Below, in pieces: positions 57,150-64,000 of a stretch of 64,000 nt of DNA. Below the pieces are notes generated by a model that searched no databases, was not told where the DNA came from, and was given only the letters and a program-made list of their open reading frames with translations. Both the position numbers and the translations under genes were made by a program. The DNA comes from Candidatus Cloacimonadales bacterium (GTDB lineage Bacteria > Cloacimonadota > Cloacimonadia > Cloacimonadales > DAONDQ01): the NCBI GenBank assembly GCA_963662275.1, contig OY759316.1, positions 2,144,001 through 2,208,000 of the forward strand, in the 5' to 3' direction. Each line of letters begins with the position of its first letter. The stretch's first letter is position 1.

Positions 57150-59010
57150 GAGACTGTTCATGAAGTTATTCATAATATTCAATAAGTTAGAAAGTAGCAA
57201 GTTGAAAAAAGTGGTCGAAACGGTCATAATTTAACATACCTTCCAGAATTGACAGATAAGCTCTGCTAAGGACACCAAATCACAAGTTAAGCTTTTTGAC
57301 TAAAATTGAAAAACACGCGATTATAAGTAATGTTTCGAAGCCGTTTCTGACTAAATGTGTAGTTAAAATCATATAAAATAGTTCTTTACAAGTTTTTTGC
57401 TATAGCTTCAATGGCATTTGTTACCTGGTAACAAAAGGGAGGATATTATGACAAAAAAACACTCCAATTCAAGAAGCGGTAAGTGTTAGTCATGAAAGTA
57501 ACCAATACCATGTAAGTATTAACGTACCATTTTCATTCACTTTGCCTGAGACAACATCAAACCACAAGTTCTTAATAGCGTTTCTACGCTTATTAGTAGG
57601 AATAGGCGGAGACAACCTCCTTACACTTCAGCAAATAGCTGATCTGTTTAACTACGCAGACCGCAGGAATGTACATAATTTCTGGCAAGAGTTTGAGCAG
57701 CATGGTCATGATATCCTGGCATATTTAAGCCGGAAAGTTGACCTGCTGGAGTGTATTCCTCAGATCGAGAATTTTGTTATCAATAACCTGCTTTTACCTT
57801 TAAATGTCATGTATCAGGAGTTCATCAGCCATCATGATTTTAAAATGTCCTATACCACTTTCTGCAAATATGCTTCTCAGGTCAATTCTCTGTCTGTAGT
57901 TAAGCAAGCTCAGAAGCTTCTTCTGAAAAAGACAGTAGGCGGTGATGCTGTACATCTGCTGAAACTGCTTGCCGGTCAGCAGAATACACCTGTTATCTGT
58001 GACAGACTCCTGGAACAAATGAAGACTGCTAAAGGCAATACATCCCATAGAACCGCCGATGCAAAGCCGTTCCATAGTCTGGAACGCAAGAACCTGTGTC
58101 TGCTGGTACATTACCTGGTTGGAAGCGGTATGAACTTCGAGACGATAGCTTTGCTGCTCAACACCTGTAAAGCTACAGTCTCAAATCTCTGGCATGAAAT
58201 CGCTGACCTGCAGAGCCTGATTCTGAACTCAATCGGTAAGTGGAGCGGAAAGATCAGCATTGATGAGAAATATGTGAAGATCAAAGGTATTCCGTACTAT
58301 GTCATCAGTATTGTTGATTTTGTGACTCACATCCCTCTGTTTTGTGAGTTGTATCCTGACACAAAGAAAGAATCATTCGAAGCATGTTTCAGAACCTTCA
58401 GACAGCTCTACAGGAAAGATCCAACCCTGATTGTCAGTGATGGCAGTAAATCGTTAGCAGTTGCAAGAAAAACAGTGTTTCCAAAAGTCCATTACCAACT
58501 CTGTAAGTTCCATAAGATACGAAATCTCTTCAAAAGAATCAGTCAATGTCATCTCCCTGAAGACAGGGACAAGTTCTTTAAGAAGAGGATTATGAAAGCT
58601 TTCCGAAGAGAAACGGCGGGCGGAAGGAAAAAGGGTATCGCAAGCCTGACAGCTATTACTCCCCCAACCGCCGCCGAATACATCAAAAGCAATATCATTA
58701 GTGATTGGAGACACCTCAGCAAAGGTTTGACTTCCAATGTCTCTGAACGCTGGAACCGCAAAATCAAGAAGGTGACATCCGGTAGATTTGGACTAAAATC
58801 TGAAGAAACCACCCGCAACCTTGTGTTTTCGCTTTGGTTCAAAGAACTGGTCGATAAAGGTCAACCAATCATGCGTCAGGAATCACTTTTAGCAAGTTTA
58901 AATATCTCCCGCATATGTCAAGAAAATGTGGATTGGTCGCACTTAGACCACTTTTTCTCTGTCACTACCAATAAGGCTGCGTAAAATGGAGGTTAATTTT
59001 GAACAGTCTC
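57150..59010 (+). mobile_element. 1861-bp DDE insertion sequence, copy 1 (IS6/IS256-like, family uncertain)
   Basis: 11-bp terminal IR GAGACTGTTCA. 8-bp target duplication TCTCTACT at 57142-57149 and 59011-59018. Confidence 0.92.
57448..58984 (+). CDS. DDE transposase (the RBS-supported start is out of frame with the main ORF)
   Basis: SIDEKYVKIKG, IVSDG, QLCKFH and SNVSERWN. GGGAGG-ATG at 57448, with the main ORF in the +1 frame after an A7 run. Confidence 0.85.
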
Positions 59011-60883
59011 TCTCTACTTATTCATAATTTCTGCAACTCTTTCCTTGACTTAAGAAACTTTAATCTTATTAGTGAAAATGTTAATATTGAAATGGACTCA
59101 GTAAGGGGAGCAGATGAAACCATATGTATTGATTATCATTTTATTACTTACAATCAGCCAACTGATGGGATTAGGTGCCTTCAACAGTTTTAACCAAAGA
59201 AACCACCCTGAGTTAAACTGGAAGAGCATTAAAACTCTGAATTGCCAGATTATCTATCATGATCCGCTAGAACCACAGGCGCACCAGGCTGCTGAGATTG
59301 CTCAGAATACCTTTAATACTTTAGTGAAGACCTATCAAATGACCCCTTCCAGAACCTGTATCATCTACATATCTGACCAGGATAATATCGCCAACGGAGC
59401 CGCAGCTTTATCTCAATACATCTTTATCTGGGTCAATCAGAATGACTACACTACGATGTTTACCGGTAATGATAAATGGCTGAGAAAGGTCATTTCCCAT
59501 GAGTTATCACACTGGTTTGTAGCGAATTCCATCGAAAAGTGGCTCACAAAGCTGGTGCTCATATATCCTAGCTTCCCTCATCCCATGAATGAAGGCTATG
59601 CCCAGTATTTCAGTGGTGAACCATGGGGATACAACCGCGGGGATAAAACATTGAAAGCATCTATCCTTTCTGCGAAAAACGGTATTCCTTCTCCTCAATT
59701 TGAGGGTAATTTGTTTTACGCCGAAGGCTTTTCCAAAGTCCGCTACCTGGCAGCGATGTATGGAGAAGATTCTCTCATTAAACTGCTGCAATATCGTAAT
59801 AAATCCCCGTTCTATAGTTTTAAATCAGCCTTCTCGAAAGTTTATAAGAAGGATTTTAGTACGTTTGAAGAAGAATGGCGACGTTACATCTACACTTATT
59901 ATTATGGACAAGTCTATGAACAAAAGTCCATCATTGCCGATACATCTTCAGCGGGTAATATCAACGATTTTACTCCTCTAAAAACAGACTATTACCAATT
60001 TACCGGAATGGATTGGAAACGCAATGCATTGCTTTATACTGCTAAAAAAACCGTTAATCAGAACTACCTGGATTTGATGCTTGCAGATGTTGTATCCGAT
60101 AGTCTTAAGCATGGTAAACTCAAACTGAAGAATACACGAAATATCTTGAAAAATGGCAACTTCACGAAGATATCTCTCAGTGATAATGGCAGATGGGCAG
60201 CTTGGGCATCCTACACGAGGCATAAGAATGGACGGCTGGCTCCCCGGCTATATCGCTATGATGTTCAAAAGCATAAATTAAAACACTTTGGAGAAGGGAA
60301 CTACCCGGAAATAGACAGTACAGGTGGAATCTATTATCAGAAATTGGGAAAAGACGGCAACAATATCTGGTACATCACACCAGGTAACACTTCGACGAAA
60401 GTACATTCCATCAGCTTTGATGAGCAAATTGGGAACATGTCCCTCTCCCCCGATGGCAGCAAACTGGCATACACAGTTTTTGATGGTTCAAAACAGTTTA
60501 ATATCACGATCCTGGATGTGAGAACTCTGACTGTACAGGAAACGTTATCCTTAACAGGTATGGCTCAGTCCATGAAATGGAATAATAATGATGAATTGCT
60601 TTACACTGTTGAAAACCCTGTGAACTTCTGCCTGGAAATTGTAAAATACAACATTCCCGAGCATTCCACTGTGACTTATATTGATCAGGCTTACAATTCT
60701 ATTCCCATCAAAATGATCGGTGATACCCTGTATGTCATGGCAGAATACAATAAAGGGGCAAAGATACCCGGCTCATTCGTACCACAGAGTAGTAAGCTTC
60801 CTGCCAGGTCTTTCACAGAAAACTACTATAATAAATGGGTAAAAGTCAAGCCATTGTTTAGTATTCCTGATTCCACCGGTAAT

Positions 60884-62744
60884 GAGACTGTTCAAAATTA
60901 ACCTCCATTTTACGCAGCCTTATTGGTAGTGACAGAGAAAAAGTGGTCTAAGTGCGACCAATCCACATTTTCTTGACATATGCGGGAGATATTTAAACTT
61001 GCTAAAAGTGATTCCTGACGCATGATTGGTTGACCTTTATCGACCAGTTCTTTGAACCAAAGCGAAAACACAAGGTTGCGGGTGGTTTCTTCAGATTTTA
61101 GTCCAAATCTACCGGATGTCACCTTCTTGATTTTGCGGTTCCAGCGTTCAGAGACATTGGAAGTCAAACCTTTGCTGAGGTGTCTCCAATCACTAATGAT
61201 ATTGCTTTTGATGTATTCGGCGGCGGTTGGGGGAGTAATAGCTGTCAGGCTTGCGATACCCTTTTTCCTTCCGCCCGCCGTTTCTCTTCGGAAAGCTTTC
61301 ATAATCCTCTTCTTAAAGAACTTGTCCCTGTCTTCAGGGAGATGACATTGACTGATTCTTTTGAAGAGATTTCGTATCTTATGGAACTTACAGAGTTGGT
61401 AATGGACTTTTGGAAACACTGTTTTTCTTGCAACTGCTAACGATTTACTGCCATCACTGACAATCAGGGTTGGATCTTTCCTGTAGAGCTGTCTGAAGGT
61501 TCTGAAACATGCTTCGAATGATTCTTTCTTTGTGTCAGGATACAACTCACAAAACAGAGGGATGTGAGTCACAAAATCAACAATACTGATGACATAGTAC
61601 GGAATACCTTTGATCTTCACATATTTCTCATCAATGCTGATCTTTCCGCTCCACTTACCGATTGAGTTCAGAATCAGGCTCTGCAGGTCAGCGATTTCAT
61701 GCCAGAGATTTGAGACTGTAGCTTTACAGGTGTTGAGCAGCAAAGCTATCGTCTCGAAGTTCATACCGCTTCCAACCAGGTAATGTACCAGCAGACACAG
61801 GTTCTTGCGTTCCAGACTATGGAACGGCTTTGCATCGGCGGTTCTATGGGATGTATTGCCTTTAGCAGTCTTCATTTGTTCCAGGAGTCTGTCACAGATA
61901 ACAGGTGTATTCTGCTGACCGGCAAGCAGTTTCAGCAGATGTACAGCATCACCGCCTACTGTCTTTTTCAGAAGAAGCTTCTGAGCTTGCTTAACTACAG
62001 ACAGAGAATTGACCTGAGAAGCATATTTGCAGAAAGTGGTATAGGACATTTTAAAATCATGATGGCTGATGAACTCCTGATACATGACATTTAAAGGTAA
62101 AAGCAGGTTATTGATAACAAAATTCTCGATCTGAGGAATACACTCCAGCAGGTCAACTTTCCGGCTTAAATATGCCAGGATATCATGACCATGCTGCTCA
62201 AACTCTTGCCAGAAATTATGTACATTCCTGCGGTCTGCGTAGTTAAACAGATCAGCTATTTGCTGAAGTGTAAGGAGGTTGTCTCCGCCTATTCCTACTA
62301 ATAAGCGTAGAAACGCTATTAAGAACTTGTGGTTTGATGTTGTCTCAGGCAAAGTGAATGAAAATGGTACGTTAATACTTACATGGTATTGGTTACTTTC
62401 ATGACTAACACTTACCGCTTCTTGAATTGGAGTGTTTTTTTGTCATAATATCCTCCCTTTTGTTACCAGGTAACAAATGCCATTGAAGCTATAGCAAAAA
62501 ACTTGTAAAGAACTATTTTATATGATTTTAACTACACATTTAGTCAGAAACGGCTTCGAAACATTACTTATAATCGCGTGTTTTTCAATTTTAGTCAAAA
62601 AGCTTAACTTGTGATTTGGTGTCCTTAGCAGAGCTTATCTGTCAATTCTGGAAGGTATGTTAAATTATGACCGTTTCGACCACTTTTTTCAACTTGCTAC
62701 TTTCTAACTTATTGAATATTATGAATAACTTCATGAACAGTCTC
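60884..62744 (-). mobile_element. 1861-bp insertion sequence, copy 2 (inverted)
   Basis: Same IRs, same length and identical transposase translation as copy 1. 8-bp target duplication CCGGTAAT at 60876-60883 and 62745-62752. Confidence 0.93.
60910..62446 (-). CDS. DDE transposase, same protein as copy 1
   Basis: Same 480-aa ORF (60910-62352) and the same upstream RBS/ATG/A7 arrangement. Confidence 0.85.
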
Positions 62745-64000
62745 CCGGTAATATTTCGATTTCAAAGGCTGAGAGGTATGTCTCATGGCGAAACATAAAA
62801 TGGAGAATGGGCTTTGCTTTGCCAACATACAGTTTTGCTACGGGTGGCTTCATATTATCTGAGGCATTGGGCAAACACATTTTAGGTGGATTTGCGGTAG
62901 TACCATACGATAGGAATGACCGTGCCTGGGGATTTGTCATGTATGAAAACAAGACACTTTCACCGACTTTGGATTTGACATATATGCGAGACCAGTGGTT
63001 CTCTGGCTTAGGCAAAGATAAGGTTTATTACCAGAATGTAGACCAGGTAACCGGTAAGATCAGCTTCCCCTTCAACTTCACACGTCCTTTCTATACTTTC
63101 AAGCTTAACATGGATATAAGTTATTCCGATGTAAAGAACGCTAATGATAATCCTATTTTCGACAACAAAGGCTATGCTTCGTTTGGAGCTATGACAGGAT
63201 ATGGCTATAACCTGCCCTGGAAAAACGCAGCTTTGCATCCGGTGCGAGCTTGGAATGCCGACTATGTCCTGCAAATGGCATCCAAAGCAATAGGTATGAA
63301 TACTGACTTTAATCAGCATGCTTTCTCAGCCGGATTTGCCTATGCGCCTTGGCTATTCTCTATGAATAGTGAAATCATCCGCAGCATGACTCTTAAGAAT
63401 CAGACAAATTACGAGCTAGTCAATGGAGACCAGTTACAACAATTCCTCCCGGGTGTAAACAAGTATGATATTGTGCAAAGCAACAATAAACCTGCGTTCA
63501 AGAGATACTTCATGCGAGGGTATGAAGAGAATTATTTGTGCAAGAAAATACTAAATGTTCAAAATGAAGTTAATCTCAAACTCATGGATGATATGAAGCT
63601 AAATGCTGTTAATGATATGCTGTCAGTTCACTTTGTTGAATTTTCGTTATGGTTTGACCATACAGAACTGCATAATGTGCTCTATTCAAATACAACAAAA
63701 AGAACCTATAATGCGAATGGTTTTGAGTTCCGTACGGAAACGAATTTTCTGTTCGTACCTGCGATATTGAAATACGGCATCGCCTATGATATGAGCTTCG
63801 ATAAGCTGTCCGACTATTTCTTGATCGAGATACCCTTCCTGCAGATGATGCAGACTGTGCAGTAACATAGAATGGTATTCTGTTGTATGAGGGGATTGGT
63901 AATCCCCGATCCAGGTAGTCTTCTTTCTATTCCGTAGGAATATTCTGACCATAACACTTGGGCGTAAGCCCGGTCTGAGAGCTAAGATAAACACACCCTC

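Larger units (their letters stand above)
59114..63865 (+). pseudogene. Exported gluzincin-like peptidase / beta-propeller / OM-barrel gene split by IS copy 2
   Basis: HELSH...NEGYAQY zinc motif and LSPDGSKLAY PD40-like repeats. Removing the IS and one CCGGTAAT joins ...DSTGN in frame to ISISKAERY...MGFALP (62753-63865), about 960 aa. Confidence 0.85.

Noticed and set aside
1..64000. tRNA, rRNA or prophage genes
   Set aside because: None were recognised by eye. A tRNAscan/Rfam run would be needed to exclude small RNAs.

Overview
AT-rich bacterial window, probably from the FCB group and most like Ca. Cloacimonadota. That placement is an inference from six proteins ending in a YPNPFxx...IYNIxGQ...WNG.D...SG(V/I)YF C-terminal domain and two giant C25-like proteins. 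The left end (1-7600) is a defence-island-like segment: a translationally coupled ParB-like / SNF2 ATPase / DUF3883 nuclease operon, converging on an HNH endonuclease gene split in frame by an IS21 element. Next come three SWIM zinc-finger paralogues, a secreted endonuclease I, an LVIVD lipoprotein with two tandem gingipain-like proteins that lack the usual catalytic His, and two separate TldD/PmbA pairs. The middle also has wzy/wzz/asnB-like polysaccharide genes, glutamine synthetase III, and a restriction-nuclease/TRD fusion with no methyltransferase domain. The right part has a Ser/Thr kinase-histidine kinase hybrid operon (TPR, OM barrel, NlpC/P60) and two inverted 1861-bp IS copies, one splitting a metallopeptidase/propeller/barrel gene. 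Intergenic regions carry several unrelated REP-like families and two inverted arrays of 11-bp repeats. No rRNA, tRNA or CRISPR array was recognised.
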